DNA of 64,000 nucleotides from Pseudomonadota bacterium (GCA_021324755.1 JAJPIL010000001.1:152-64151); one strand, 5' to 3'. Positions 19,359 to 29,294 are shown, numbered from the stretch's first letter. Numbers and translations are program-made. The notes: generated by a model not told the origin, from the letters alone.

Positions 19359-20810
19359 CTATCGCCTCCTGGTCTGCCCTTCGACGGCGCGCTCGAGCCA
19401 GCGCGCGACGAACCGCTTGACCGTTTGCGCCGAGGGCGCCCGGCTCGGGTTTCCATCCAACCAGAGCGCCATCTTGGCGAACTCCGCCTCGAGCATCTCA
19501 AGGCTAAGCCCGCCGACGGCCTCGCTAAGCCGACACCAAAAGTCATAATCCGAAAGCAGAACGTCTAGCGTCGGCCCGCTGAAAGTCCTTTGGCGCTTGC
19601 GCAAAAAGCGCTCGAGCCATCGGTCCTGCTCCTCCCATCGCAATTCGCCGCCTCCAGCCGTGCCGTCCGCGCCGCCGGCACTTGCACTGGAGGGCTTGAA
19701 GGGCGCGCCCTGGGTGGGTTCGCGCTCGGGAAAATAAGCGCCAGCGCCGGCGCGGTCACCGTCCGGGCCGCAACTGCGCGCCAGGCAAGGCGTATCCGAG
19801 CCCGAAGCAGCGCAGCTGGAGGAAATCGTTTTGGGCAACAGGAGGCTGCCTAAACCGCTCGCTTGGCGGCACAAGCGGCCTAAAGAATTCTCCTCGGACC
19901 AGTCGCCGCCGACGCTTGCCGATAGCGCCGCAGAAAAGCTGCTGTTTGCCTCGGCGTCGGCGCACGAAAAGCCGACTTCGACCCGACGGCGCGCCGAAAA
20001 AGTGCTGGGGTCGGCCGAAGCACGTGCATGGAAGGCGACGGCCTGGTCCGCAGTGCAGCTGCCGGCGGTATCAACGGAATTAGGAGAGAACAACGATTGG
20101 ACATTGGACGATAGCGAATTGATCGATCTGGAGGCTGGATCGCCATTTAGCGCCTTGCCGTTACATTTAACGGCTTGGCCAGCGGAATGGATCGGCGAGC
20201 TAGCGGTTGAGTGCGACGAGCGAGGCGAAAAGGAAGGAAAATCGCTGTCGCTAGCGAGGCGTGGACGGGCGTTAGGAGGTGCTGGAGTATGGGCCGCGGG
20301 CGGTAACTCGTAGTTGCTGCTTTTCTCAGGGTCAGGGGCGTGCAGGGCGCAGGGATCTGAACTGATTTGGCTCGGGCTCGAGGCCTGCGTGGATGGCGAA
20401 TCTGGGTCGAGTTCGTGGGCGCGCGAGGTCGAGGGTGGGGGCGGCGAAAAGCTCACGTTTTTGGAAGCGCAAGATTCGGGCGGCGGAGGGGGAATCTCGC
20501 TTTGCGCTTCGTGCGGATGAGGCCGTTGATGGCGTCGCCAGGTGGGAATCGCGATATACGCTTCGCCTGCGACGCGGTAGCGTACGATCAAGTTTTGGCG
20601 CGCAAGCTCTTCGAGCCAGCGGTCGACCTGCGCGGGCTTGAGCCGGTCGTAAGGGAAGAGCTTTATCGCGATATGTTCGGGACGGTCCTTGAGCCGCCCT
20701 TCGCGGTCGGCCATATTCCACAGGCCGATAAAAGTGAGCCGGGCATGGTGACTTAGGCGGCCGATTTGGGGGCTTTCCCAGAACTCGGGTCGAATCGTTC
20801 TGATGCGCAT
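19359..20810 (-). CDS. phage replication initiator / replisome organiser
   Basis: MRIRTIRPEFW...ARLTFIGLWNMADREG...KLFPYD N-terminus and EFAKMALWLDGNP...KRFVARWLER C-terminus typical of phage initiators; long Ser/Pro linker; GGAGG SD. Confidence 0.8.
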   Translation of the reverse strand: MRIRTIRPEFWESPQIGRLSHHARLTFIGLWNMADREGRLKDRPEHIAIKLFPYDRLKPAQVDRWLEELARQNLIVRYRVAGEAYIAIPTWRRHQRPHPHEAQSEIPPPPPESCASKNVSFSPPPPSTSRAHELDPDSPSTQASSPSQISSDPCALHAPDPEKSSNYELPPAAHTPAPPNARPRLASDSDFPSFSPRSSHSTASSPIHSAGQAVKCNGKALNGDPASRSINSLSSNVQSLFSPNSVDTAGSCTADQAVAFHARASADPSTFSARRRVEVGFSCADAEANSSFSAALSASVGGDWSEENSLGRLCRQASGLGSLLLPKTISSSCAASGSDTPCLARSCGPDGDRAGAGAYFPEREPTQGAPFKPSSASAGGADGTAGGGELRWEEQDRWLERFLRKRQRTFSGPTLDVLLSDYDFWCRLSEAVGGLSLEMLEAEFAKMALWLDGNPSRAPSAQTVKRFVARWLERAVEGQTRRR

Positions 20811-20826
20811 AGGTTTTAGCCTCCGA

Positions 20827-22188
20827 CTAATGGCGCGGATTTTTTGGTGCGCGACTTTTTGCGCGCTCGAGCCAGCGCGGCCTTGAGGTTGCGTACGCGG
20901 CGTTTAAAGGGGTCGAGAAGGCGCTTTGAGTTCGCCACTTTAACCGACGCTGCGCCCCAGGCGCTTGGGCCGCGTATCGCGAGAGGAAAAGATCGTTCGT
21001 TTGCACGCGGGCGCCTTGGGCCGGCTTTAACGCGACGAGGTTGATTCGGCGACAAGCGAAGGTGTCGTCCGAGGGCTTTCGGACTGGGAGGTCCGAGCGG
21101 GCGCCCAACGCGCGGTAGATTTTTTGTGTGCGGTAGGATTGGAGGATTTTTGCTTTGCGATTAGGGTTCGACTTTGCCGAAGGTCGAATTGGTTTAGCAT
21201 TGGGGATGGGGTTTAGGTGAGCGTGGCGAGACGGTCGATTGGGGTTTTGGGTTTTGGAGATGCGGGTGCGGGTTGGGACAAGGACGGTACGGATATCGTT
21301 TCGGACGAAGTTCTGGATTTGTCCAGGGCGAATGCCAATTTTCATCAAATCGGGGATCAGCAGGGCACGAGTCCCGGTTGGAACACAATTTGGGATTTGT
21401 GGGGCGCGAATGCTGATTCGCACGAAGCTTGGAGCGTGAAGGGCGCTGATACCGATTCGAACAAAACTGGTGATTTGACGGGCAGAAGTGCCGATTCGAA
21501 AAAAGTTCGGCGTCGGTACGACACGACTCCTGATTAGGACGCAGTTCGGAACTTCGAGGGCTTGGGTGTTAATTTGAACAAAGCGCGGAATTTGACCGGC
21601 GCAAGTCCCGATTTGTGCGAAGTTCGGGATTTTAAGGGCGCGAATCCCGGTCCGCACGAGGTTCAGGATTTGGAGCGCGCGAATGCTGATTCGCAGGAAG
21701 TGCGCAACCTGTAGGGCTAGGGTGCCAAGTCGAGCAAAGTTCTGGATTTGACGTGCGCAAATGCCGATTCGAACGAAGCTCGTGTTTTGACCGGCGCGGG
21801 TGCCAGTTTGAACGGAGCTCTTAATTTGACCGGCGCCGGTGCCGATTTGGACAAAGTTCTGGATTTTACGGGCACGAGTGCCGGTTAGAATGAAGTTGGT
21901 GACCTGACGGGTGCGGACGGCAATTCGAACGGGATTGTGGATTTGACCGGCAGGAGTGCAGGTTCGAACGAAGTTTGTGGTTTCACGGGCGCCGGTGCCA
22001 ATTCGAACAGAGCCCGGCCTTTGCCCCGCACAAACACCAATTCGAACAAGGTTTGTGGTTTGTAAGTCGCAGGCGTGAATTCGGACAAAATTCGGACAGA
22101 TCGTTTCAAACGCAATTCTATTTCCCGAATTCCCGCATATTTTCTGTTCTTCTCTTTTCCCGTACCCCTCTTTTGGCGTGATGTTTAA
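20827..22188 (-). CDS. 13-aa tandem-repeat protein (consensus PNFVRIGTRAGQI); start codon unresolved
   Basis: hand translation shows no stop from 22188 to 20827; ORF track starts it only at GTG 21657; variation between repeats is largely synonymous or conservative in this frame. Confidence 0.55.
   Translation of the reverse strand, partial: LNITPKEGYGKREEQKICGNSGNRIAFETICPNFVRIHACDLQTTNLVRIGVCAGQRPGSVRIGTGARETTNFVRTCTPAGQIHNPVRIAVRTRQVTNFILTGTRARKIQNFVQIGTGAGQIKSSVQTGTRAGQNTSFVRIGICARQIQNFARLGTLALQVAHFLRISIRALQILNLVRTGIRALKIPNFAQIGTCAGQIPRFVQINTQALEVPNCVLIRSRVVPTPNFFRIGTSARQITSFVRIGISALHAPSFVRISIRAPQIPNCVPTGTRALLIPDLMKIGIRPGQIQNFVRNDIRTVLVPTRTRISKTQNPNRPSRHAHLNPIPNAKPIRPSAKSNPNRKAKILQSYRTQKIYRALGARSDLPVRKPSDDTFACRRINLVALKPAQGARVQTNDLFLSRYAAQAPGAQRRLKWRTQSAFSTPLNAAYATSRPRWLERAKSRAPKNPRH
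21316..22095. repeat. 20 tandem degenerate 39-bp repeats with no indels
   Basis: approximate consensus (+) GATTTGACCGGCGCGAGTGCCGATTCGAACGAAGTTCGG; exact 39-bp register over 780 bp. Confidence 0.9.
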
Positions 22189-22199
22189 TCACGGCAAAA
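22171..22199. promoter_or_regulatory. inverted repeat at the upstream end of the phage-like module (operator or hairpin)
   Basis: TTTTGGCGTGAT-GTTTA-ATCACGGCAAAA, 12-bp arms with one mismatch. Confidence 0.45.
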
Positions 22200-22546
22200 A
22201 CAGAGAGTCGGTGTGCTGGCTGTTTGGCAAGTGAAATGCGGAGAACATGGCGCGGCAAGGCCGGCGCTCGGACAGTTTAAACGCCCGAATTAGCGAGATA
22301 CGCATGAGTGGCAGCCGATTCGAAGGAAGGCAATCAATTGCCTTAAAAGAGACAGAGCCGATATCTCGTAAGACGCGAGACTATCGCTTTTGCTAGGCGT
22401 CGAAGATATCCCATTTGAAAAATGGCACGCCCAAAAGCTACAGCAATCCGGAGGTCAAACCGATGGAAAAAGCTAGCGGGCACAGCTATCGCGCAGCTGC
22501 CTGGTTTGTACGGAGCGCTTCACCAGCCGTTATCAGAGAAATGAAG

Positions 22547-24385
22547 TCAGGTGGCAGACGCTTGTTGCTGCGGATTCGGTGATATTTTCGACGGTATTGT
22601 GGACGATGCGCGGGGCAGCTTTAGGAAACTACCCGTGAAAACCACGGAATTTGGAAACACAATTGTGCGCCCGGTCGGAACCCAGTTGTCCGGGCCACCC
22701 GTAAGCTCGCGTAGACTTATTCGCAGCAGGCCTAATTCCTGTACCTCGCCATAAACGTACCCGTATGGCCCCTGCAAACCCACTCGGTCCCCTACCCGTG
22801 CACCGTTACGGCCAATGATCGAGAAATACCCGACAAGCGATAGAATTACGTTCTGTAAAGCAAAAGCAATGCCTGCGGCGGCAAAGCCAGTAAACGTCGC
22901 CAAAGCCGCCATGTCTGTCGCAAACTTGAATACAAGCACCATCAGGCTAACCGTGATAACTGTAATCGTTCGGAACACCATAACTTGGTGAAGCCGTCGG
23001 TGGTCGGCTATATACTTAAGCGCCAACTGCCGCCACAGCACAGCACCACCGAAAATAAAGCCGAAAACCACGGACAATAAGAGTCCTTGCTCGATCAAAT
23101 CCCGGATTGCACGGTAGGAGGATTGTCTCAGTCCCTCAATATATTGGTTCAAGCCCGCCTGGTAGCGTTTGAGTAGAGAATGCCCTGCTACGATCGGCGC
23201 AGCGGCGTCCCCTAAAAGGCGAAGCTCAGCTAGTGCGGCCTCGAACTGTCGGTTACGCTGTTGCATGGCCCCTGGATCCGCCACTGCTGATTCAGAGTTT
23301 TCAACCTCTTCGAGCGCTTTGAGTAGTTCTCTTGCCCGAGTGCGCAAGTCCTCCCTGGTCTTATCAAAGTCGCGCTGCAATTGAATCGTTCTAGCTAACA
23401 GATGCTGGACCCTACTCCTTTCCTTTTGCAGCGCGAACAGCTGGTTGATACGCCCCCAGATGCCCCCGCTTGACGCCGCAGAATCGAGAGCGGATTGTTG
23501 AGTACTTACCGCGCTGACGGCGGCTTTCCCGAGACCGAGTTCGGGAACTGAATCGGCAAGATCGTTGATTTGTTCAAGAAGCCCGTCAACCGTTCCGAGA
23601 GGATTAGCGGTGCCTTTCTGAAATTTCTCGACCTTGTTGTAGAAGTCGAGCCGGGCCTTATCAACCGCAAGTTTGTTTTCCGTGTCTGTTATCTGAGCTA
23701 AAATTGCAGGCTTTGCCACCGGCGAAGCATTAGCGGCTTGTGCTTTGAGCTCGTTTAACCTGCTCGATAAGGCTTGAATTTCAGCCTCGACTTGTGTCTT
23801 GCGTTGGCTAAGATCGGTGTCCGATCCGGACGGTGGATTAGCGGGGACTTTCGTAATCAAAGCGTCGGCCGCCGGCATCTTAGGCAGCATTGCTGCACAC
23901 GCCCTGGCATATTCAAACGAGACTCGCACAACCTCGAGAGCAGTTTTGTACTGGGCCTCTGAGATTATCGCCAGCGCAGGCTCCACAGGCGCCTGGGGCG
24001 GAGTTTTTGCCATTCGATACCAGTCCAGAACCTCATCTAGAAACGACAATACCGAGCGCTCGACCTTTGCCTCAGCGTTGACCTCGCTCTTCTCTTTCTT
24101 AGCGGGATTCCCGGGAAAATCGGCCGAACTAACAGAGACAAATCCAAATGCGCAAACGATAAGCGCTATAGCTATCGCGCCGAGTCGACCGCCTAAACTC
24201 TTTCCAGAGCTTGGCCGACGAACGTTTAGACTGGCACAACCTGCAAGACCCGAAAGCCTAAGCTGCACAGATCTACATTGTTGCGCCACGAGCGAGCGAC
24301 GTAGTAAAACTCCAGCGCGCAGATACATAGACCTCCTGAGAGCCACGCAAGACTTCTTCGATAGCAGACGCCTTTGCCGAGGCAC
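22547..24385 (-). CDS. MscS-family mechanosensitive channel with large periplasmic coiled-coil region
   Basis: C-terminal TM helices, GFAAAGIAFALQN, RVGDRV, GRTIVFPNS; true start probably downstream of 24385. Confidence 0.8.
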   Translation of the reverse strand: MPRQRRLLSKKSCVALRRSMYLRAGVLLRRSLVAQQCRSVQLRLSGLAGCASLNVRRPSSGKSLGGRLGAIAIALIVCAFGFVSVSSADFPGNPAKKEKSEVNAEAKVERSVLSFLDEVLDWYRMAKTPPQAPVEPALAIISEAQYKTALEVVRVSFEYARACAAMLPKMPAADALITKVPANPPSGSDTDLSQRKTQVEAEIQALSSRLNELKAQAANASPVAKPAILAQITDTENKLAVDKARLDFYNKVEKFQKGTANPLGTVDGLLEQINDLADSVPELGLGKAAVSAVSTQQSALDSAASSGGIWGRINQLFALQKERSRVQHLLARTIQLQRDFDKTREDLRTRARELLKALEEVENSESAVADPGAMQQRNRQFEAALAELRLLGDAAAPIVAGHSLLKRYQAGLNQYIEGLRQSSYRAIRDLIEQGLLLSVVFGFIFGGAVLWRQLALKYIADHRRLHQVMVFRTITVITVSLMVLVFKFATDMAALATFTGFAAAGIAFALQNVILSLVGYFSIIGRNGARVGDRVGLQGPYGYVYGEVQELGLLRISLRELTGGPDNWVPTGRTIVFPNSVVFTGSFLKLPRASSTIPSKISPNPQQQASAT

Positions 24386-24731
24386 AACGTACCTCAGGAC
24401 GAAAACAGGTCGAAAAACTTTGCCAAAAGCAACATTGGCCTTTTATATAGAAGTCGTCGACACAAGATTGAACCGCAGCGAGCGCTGCAAAGTCTAGCCT
24501 ACTTGAAGGCCAAAAATCGCGAACCAGGAGTTAGCCAACTCGGGCGGATGTGTTCGTTTTACAGGTGCGGGCAGGCGTAGTCGGCCGCTCTGTTGTCGCT
24601 TGAATCGCACGCCGGTTTCACATACTGACAAACCTTGAACCATGGAGAGAAGCCGTTTCCTTGGACGCTCGTGAACAAATTTGGCGGTTTCGCGCTAAAA
24701 GAAACGCTAACGCTGCGATCGAAGACTAAAA

Positions 24732-25355
24732 ATGCTAGAACTCGTGATTTTTGATGCTGACGGTGTGCTTTTCCAGTCCGACGAGTCAAACATCGCCTAC
24801 TATAATACGATCTTCCAAGCTGTGGGCGAGCCACCACTTACACCTGAGGAGGAGAAAGCTTGCGTTTTTCTGTCAGCTGCTCAGGTGTTTGAACTGCGCT
24901 CGCAGGGCAATGAAGAGCGGCTTAAGCGAATGCGGGAAATAAGCGCACAGCTCGACTTCGAACAATTCTTCAAGTTACTGCGGCCGCCCGTGGCTCTTCG
25001 ACCCTTTCTGCTCGACTTGCGCAAAAGCTACCGCTTAGGCCTAGCCACTAACAGGTCGGCAACCGTGCAGAGCTTGCTACGACACTTTCAATTAACCGAC
25101 GTGTTCGATGCGGTCGCCAGTTGCGCTGACAACGTCAGACCGAAGCCGGCTCCTGACATGCTGACCTTGTGTCTCGAGCGGACCGGGCTTAAGCAACCCA
25201 GTAAGGCAGTGTACGTCGGCGACAGCGAGATCGATGAAGCGGCGGCAAAGGCCGCGGGAGTTAACTTTCTCGGTGTAGGTGAGCGCGTCAGCAGCGCGCG
25301 GCGCGTCGGGAGTTTGACCGAGGTACCGCTCGCATTACGCCGCTGGTTCAAGTGA
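24732..25355 (+). CDS. HAD-superfamily hydrolase (phosphoglycolate phosphatase-like)
   Basis: FDADGVL, LATN, KPAPD, YVGDSEID motifs I-IV. Confidence 0.9.
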   Translation: MLELVIFDADGVLFQSDESNIAYYNTIFQAVGEPPLTPEEEKACVFLSAAQVFELRSQGNEERLKRMREISAQLDFEQFFKLLRPPVALRPFLLDLRKSYRLGLATNRSATVQSLLRHFQLTDVFDAVASCADNVRPKPAPDMLTLCLERTGLKQPSKAVYVGDSEIDEAAAKAAGVNFLGVGERVSSARRVGSLTEVPLALRRWFK

Positions 25356-25506
25356 ACGTGGCGTGAAACTTTCTCATGTTTCCCCATAAGCGAAACCACT
25401 GCAGGGCTCCCGCGCCGACCATGGATTACTACCGGCGCGGCTTGTTTCGTTAGTTCTGCAGCTGGACATCGAAAAGTAAACTAGCGTAACAAGGTAACCA
25501 TCACTT

Positions 25507-26436
25507 TCAAGCGAAAGCCGGAATTACCTCATGCGCGAACAACTTTAACGTTTCTGGCGAAGCTAAATCGCTAAAGAAAATCGTAAACAAGCTCACACCT
25601 CTGCCAACTCTCTCGCGAATCGACTCGATTACTTGCGGCGGCGTGCCTTTAATAGCGGTAAACGAGAATGGCTTTAGGTTTTTGACCCGCTCCCATTCCT
25701 GGTCGACCTCAGCTTGTGTCGCGCGCACGCACACCAGCACTTGTTCTGACAGCTCCAGTGTTCGTATATCACGCCCCACAGCTTCGCAATGAGCTCTTAA
25801 GGCGTTAAGTTTTTGCTCGAACCTCCGGTAACCGGCCGGACAGTTCCATCGGTCAGCGTAACGAGCCACCAAGCGCAGCATCACTTTCTCTCCGCTACCT
25901 CCGATCGTGAGCGGCGGATGGGGTTTTTGCAAAGGCTTTGGATTATTTGGGGCGTCGGTCACCTTGTAGAACTTACCATGAAAAGTGGTGCGCGACTCGG
26001 TGAACATCGACTTAAGAATTCGGAGGCTTTCCTCCAGCTGTTTGAGCCTCGTACCGATCGGCGCAAACTCATAGCCATATCCCTCAAACTCCTCGGCCAT
26101 CCATCCTGCACCCAGGCCGACTTCTAAGCGCCCAGCACTTATGTGGTCGAGCGTGCTGAGCATCTTAGCCAGTAATGCAGGATTACGAAACGAGTTGCAC
26201 AACACCAACGTGCCCAGTCTCAAGCGTTGCGTCCGGGATGCAAGCCCGCACAACGACATCAAGCATTCCAGATGATCGATGTCCTTGGCTCGGGGGCTCC
26301 ACATGTGATCGACCAACCATAGCGAGTGATACCCAAGTTGTTCGATGAGCGATGCCCGCTCGGCAAGCGCTTCGAATTGGAAGCCTGCCTGCGGCAAAAA
26401 AACCCCAAATTTCACTTTGTGTCCGTTGACTTCCAT
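25507..26436 (-). CDS. LLM-class flavin/F420-dependent oxidoreductase
   Basis: WLVDH, RLGTLV...RNPALLAK...LDHISAGRLEVGLGAGW, PKPLQKPHPP..IGGSGEK. Confidence 0.9.
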   Translation of the reverse strand: MEVNGHKVKFGVFLPQAGFQFEALAERASLIEQLGYHSLWLVDHMWSPRAKDIDHLECLMSLCGLASRTQRLRLGTLVLCNSFRNPALLAKMLSTLDHISAGRLEVGLGAGWMAEEFEGYGYEFAPIGTRLKQLEESLRILKSMFTESRTTFHGKFYKVTDAPNNPKPLQKPHPPLTIGGSGEKVMLRLVARYADRWNCPAGYRRFEQKLNALRAHCEAVGRDIRTLELSEQVLVCVRATQAEVDQEWERVKNLKPFSFTAIKGTPPQVIESIRERVGRGVSLFTIFFSDLASPETLKLFAHEVIPAFA

Positions 26437-27353
26437 CGCCCCAATCTCCGCGCAATTGAATTAGCAAGTTTTAAAACCACGCTCCGAGCTTCAGCCGAGC
26501 ACAGACTTATCAGCCCACGAGATTCACCTAGGTTACATATTCTTGTCGGCTGCAAGCCCGGCAACGCGCGACCAAACGTTGCTAGATCACCTGTCGCTAT
26601 AGGCTAGCACCCATGCAATACATTCGAAAACTGTCGAAGAGCATTTTGTTGGAGCGCACTTCTTGAACACCGTGGCCAGCCAAGTCCCCATCGGCAACGG
26701 CGCTCAGTTGTAAAGACACTACACAATCGGCGCGCTACACCCTAGGCTCGCAGATTTTAAGCCTAATACAATAACTTCGGCCGATACGGTAACTCCTGCT
26801 CCGAGTCGTGACCAAAGCCGCAGCAATTGTAGAACCTACCTTACCCGATGCGCTTAAAGGGCTTGGGCAGAGCGGCATAGACTTTCGCAAGCCCATAAAA
26901 AGGCGGGCTTTCGCATCAGAGGCAACGGCGAACCTAAGCGAAATGACGCGGCCGTAAATAATAAAAGTAGGCCAACCGCTTCAGGACTCTGCCAGACGTT
27001 TCTGAGCTTTCGCCAAGGACGCCGGAGTTGCCCGGACCAAGCATTTGATCTGTCGACTAAACAATAGTTAGAATTTCAAGACGTGCGAAGTAACAGACCT
27101 ATGGCTGTTGCCGTGACCCGAAGGTCGCGCAAAGGTGCCGGTATTATCCCCACAGGACGGCAGAACGCCAAGCACGCCGCGTCGTAGTCAGTCTCTTAGG
27201 CAAACGCAGAGATGGCGATTTAGTGATTTTCCGCGCAAGTACGATGGCGCCTGGGTGAGGCATACCCATCTTCGGCCGTTAATGGATAGCCGCGCATGTA
27301 GTGATCACGTACCTAGATATTTTCAAGTTCGGGCAGAAGGGAAACGAATTAAA

Positions 27354-29294
27354 ATGTACGAGCATATAGTGATAGAGAATATCACGCCATGTTTGGACTG
27401 TGGCCGCTGGCCGATCAAGCGGATTGTCGGCGACACGGTGACGGTCGAGGCTGACGTCTTTCGAGACGGCCATCAGATCGTGCGCGCGGCGCTTCTATGG
27501 GGACGCAAAGGAGATAGGAACCTTGACGAAACGCCTATGGATGCGCTGGGCAACGACCGCTACAGGGGTCAGTTCGTCGTGGAGGAAAACGCGCGCTACG
27601 TATATACCGTTGTTGGATGGACCGATTATTTCGCCTCGTGGCAAAGTGATTTCAAAAAGAAGGTCGAAGCTGGACGTGACGTAGGCTCAGACTTGCTCGA
27701 GGGAATCGCTCTGCTCGAAAAAATCTGCGGGCGCGCCGTCAAGAACTCGGCGGCCGTTGAGGAGCTTAAGGCACTGGTGGAAAGACTTAAACGGTCCAGC
27801 CATCAAGACGCCGTGCGGCTTGCGCTGGACGACGCAGTTAGGCGCCTGGCAGCCGTGCTCGACCCGCGCGAGGATGCGATGGTTCACAAACCGTACCTTG
27901 AGATTATCGTTGACCGGCCGAAGGCGCGCTTCAGCTCCTGGTACGAAATGTTCCCCCGCTCTCAAGGCACGGAACCGGGCAAGCCGAGCACGTTTCTAGA
28001 AGCAGAACGGAGGCTCGACGACATTCAAAGGATGGGATTTGACGTCTTGTACCTTACACCCATCCATCCGATCGGTATCACCAACCGCAAGGGCCCCAAT
28101 AACTCGCTCGTTCCGCTCCCTGATAGCCCGGGGAGCCCATGGGCCATCGGCTCTTCCGCCGGCGGGCACACCGCAGTCGATCCCTCGCTCGGGACCCTCG
28201 AAGACTTCGACCATTTCGTAAAAACGGCCCAGGAAAAGGGACTCGAAGTGGCCCTCGACTTTGCGATTCAGTGCTCGCCCGATCATCCTTGGGTCCGAGA
28301 GCACCCCGAGTGGTTCCGCCATCGCCCCGACGGCTCAATAAAGTATGCGGAAAACCCTCCTAAGGAGTACCAAGATATATACCCGATCGACTTCGACACG
28401 CCAGACCAAGAAGGGCTTAAAGCCGAACTTCTTTGGGTCCTACTGTTCTGGATACGCCGAGGGATCCGCATTTTTCGGGTCGATAATCCACATACCAAAC
28501 CGATCATGTTTTGGCACTGGCTAATCGAAGAGATCCACAAAGACTATCCTGACGTCATCTTCCTTTCCGAAGCATTTACGCGACCGAAGTTGATGAAAGT
28601 TTTGGCTAAAGTCGGCTTTACTCAGTCATACACTTATTTTACTTGGCGCAATACCAAGCAAGAACTCACTGAATATTTAACAGAACTTACACAGAGTGAA
28701 ATGGCGGAATACTTCCGGCCAAACTTTTTCACCAACACGCCTGATATCCTGTCGCCTATTTTGCAGACCGGCGGTCGGCCGGCTTTTCAGATGCGGCTGA
28801 TTCTCGCGGCCACGCTTTCGCCGTCATTCGGAATTTATAGCGGTTATGAATTGTGCGAAAACGAGGCGATACCTGGGACTGAGGAATACATGAACTCCGA
28901 GAAGTACGAAATCAAGGTCCGCGACTGGAACAAACCGGGCAACATAAAGGACTACATCGCGCTGGTCAACGCGATAAGGCGTGAGAACCCAGCGCTTCAG
29001 TATCTAACCAACCTGCGTTTTTTGCCTGCCGACAACGACGCGATTCTTTTTTACGTAAAGTCGACCGCTGATATGAGCAACGTAATTTTGGTTGCGGTCA
29101 ACCTGGATCCCTTCAACACAAGAGAAGCCACCGTAACCGTCCCGTGCGATTCGGTCGGCGTGGCCCCAGGCCAGGCTTATGTAGTTAAGGATTTGTTGAG
29201 CGGCGCAACCTACACCTGGTCCGAACGCAATTACGTGCGTCTGGATCCCCAGGTAAATCCAGCTCATATTCTTCGCGTGGAGCAAAGACTGTGA
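27354..29294 (+). CDS. glgE: alpha-1,4-glucan:maltose-1-phosphate maltosyltransferase
   Basis: [56 protein letters not shown]; start set at ATG 27354. Confidence 0.95.
   Translation: MYEHIVIENITPCLDCGRWPIKRIVGDTVTVEADVFRDGHQIVRAALLWGRKGDRNLDETPMDALGNDRYRGQFVVEENARYVYTVVGWTDYFASWQSDFKKKVEAGRDVGSDLLEGIALLEKICGRAVKNSAAVEELKALVERLKRSSHQDAVRLALDDAVRRLAAVLDPREDAMVHKPYLEIIVDRPKARFSSWYEMFPRSQGTEPGKPSTFLEAERRLDDIQRMGFDVLYLTPIHPIGITNRKGPNNSLVPLPDSPGSPWAIGSSAGGHTAVDPSLGTLEDFDHFVKTAQEKGLEVALDFAIQCSPDHPWVREHPEWFRHRPDGSIKYAENPPKEYQDIYPIDFDTPDQEGLKAELLWVLLFWIRRGIRIFRVDNPHTKPIMFWHWLIEEIHKDYPDVIFLSEAFTRPKLMKVLAKVGFTQSYTYFTWRNTKQELTEYLTELTQSEMAEYFRPNFFTNTPDILSPILQTGGRPAFQMRLILAATLSPSFGIYSGYELCENEAIPGTEEYMNSEKYEIKVRDWNKPGNIKDYIALVNAIRRENPALQYLTNLRFLPADNDAILFYVKSTADMSNVILVAVNLDPFNTREATVTVPCDSVGVAPGQAYVVKDLLSGATYTWSERNYVRLDPQVNPAHILRVEQRL

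Larger units (their letters stand above)
17691..22200 (-). mobile_element. prophage remnant or satellite-like module
   Basis: co-oriented run of repeat ORF, phage replication initiator, CxxC protein, TerS-like ORF and AbrB gene; no integrase or att sites seen, so boundaries are approximate. Confidence 0.55.

Noticed and set aside
20816-21055. 79-aa basic ORF just upstream of the initiator
   Set aside because: It overlaps the 3' end of the repeat ORF in another frame, has a TTG start and no motif; it cannot be supported, although it is not excluded
21217-21537. Plus-strand DLTGA-type (pentapeptide-like) repeat protein
   Set aside because: This frame has five stops across the array, and the substitutions are synonymous mainly on the minus strand
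21316-22095. CRISPR or other guide-RNA array
   Set aside because: Units are contiguous and degenerate along their whole length, with no constant repeat plus unique spacer; variation follows codon structure; no cas or Nop-domain gene in the window
26920-26960. c-di-GMP-I riboswitch-like GGCGAACC...GAAA...GACGC
   Set aside because: The required P2/P3 pairing and GCAAA element are not present
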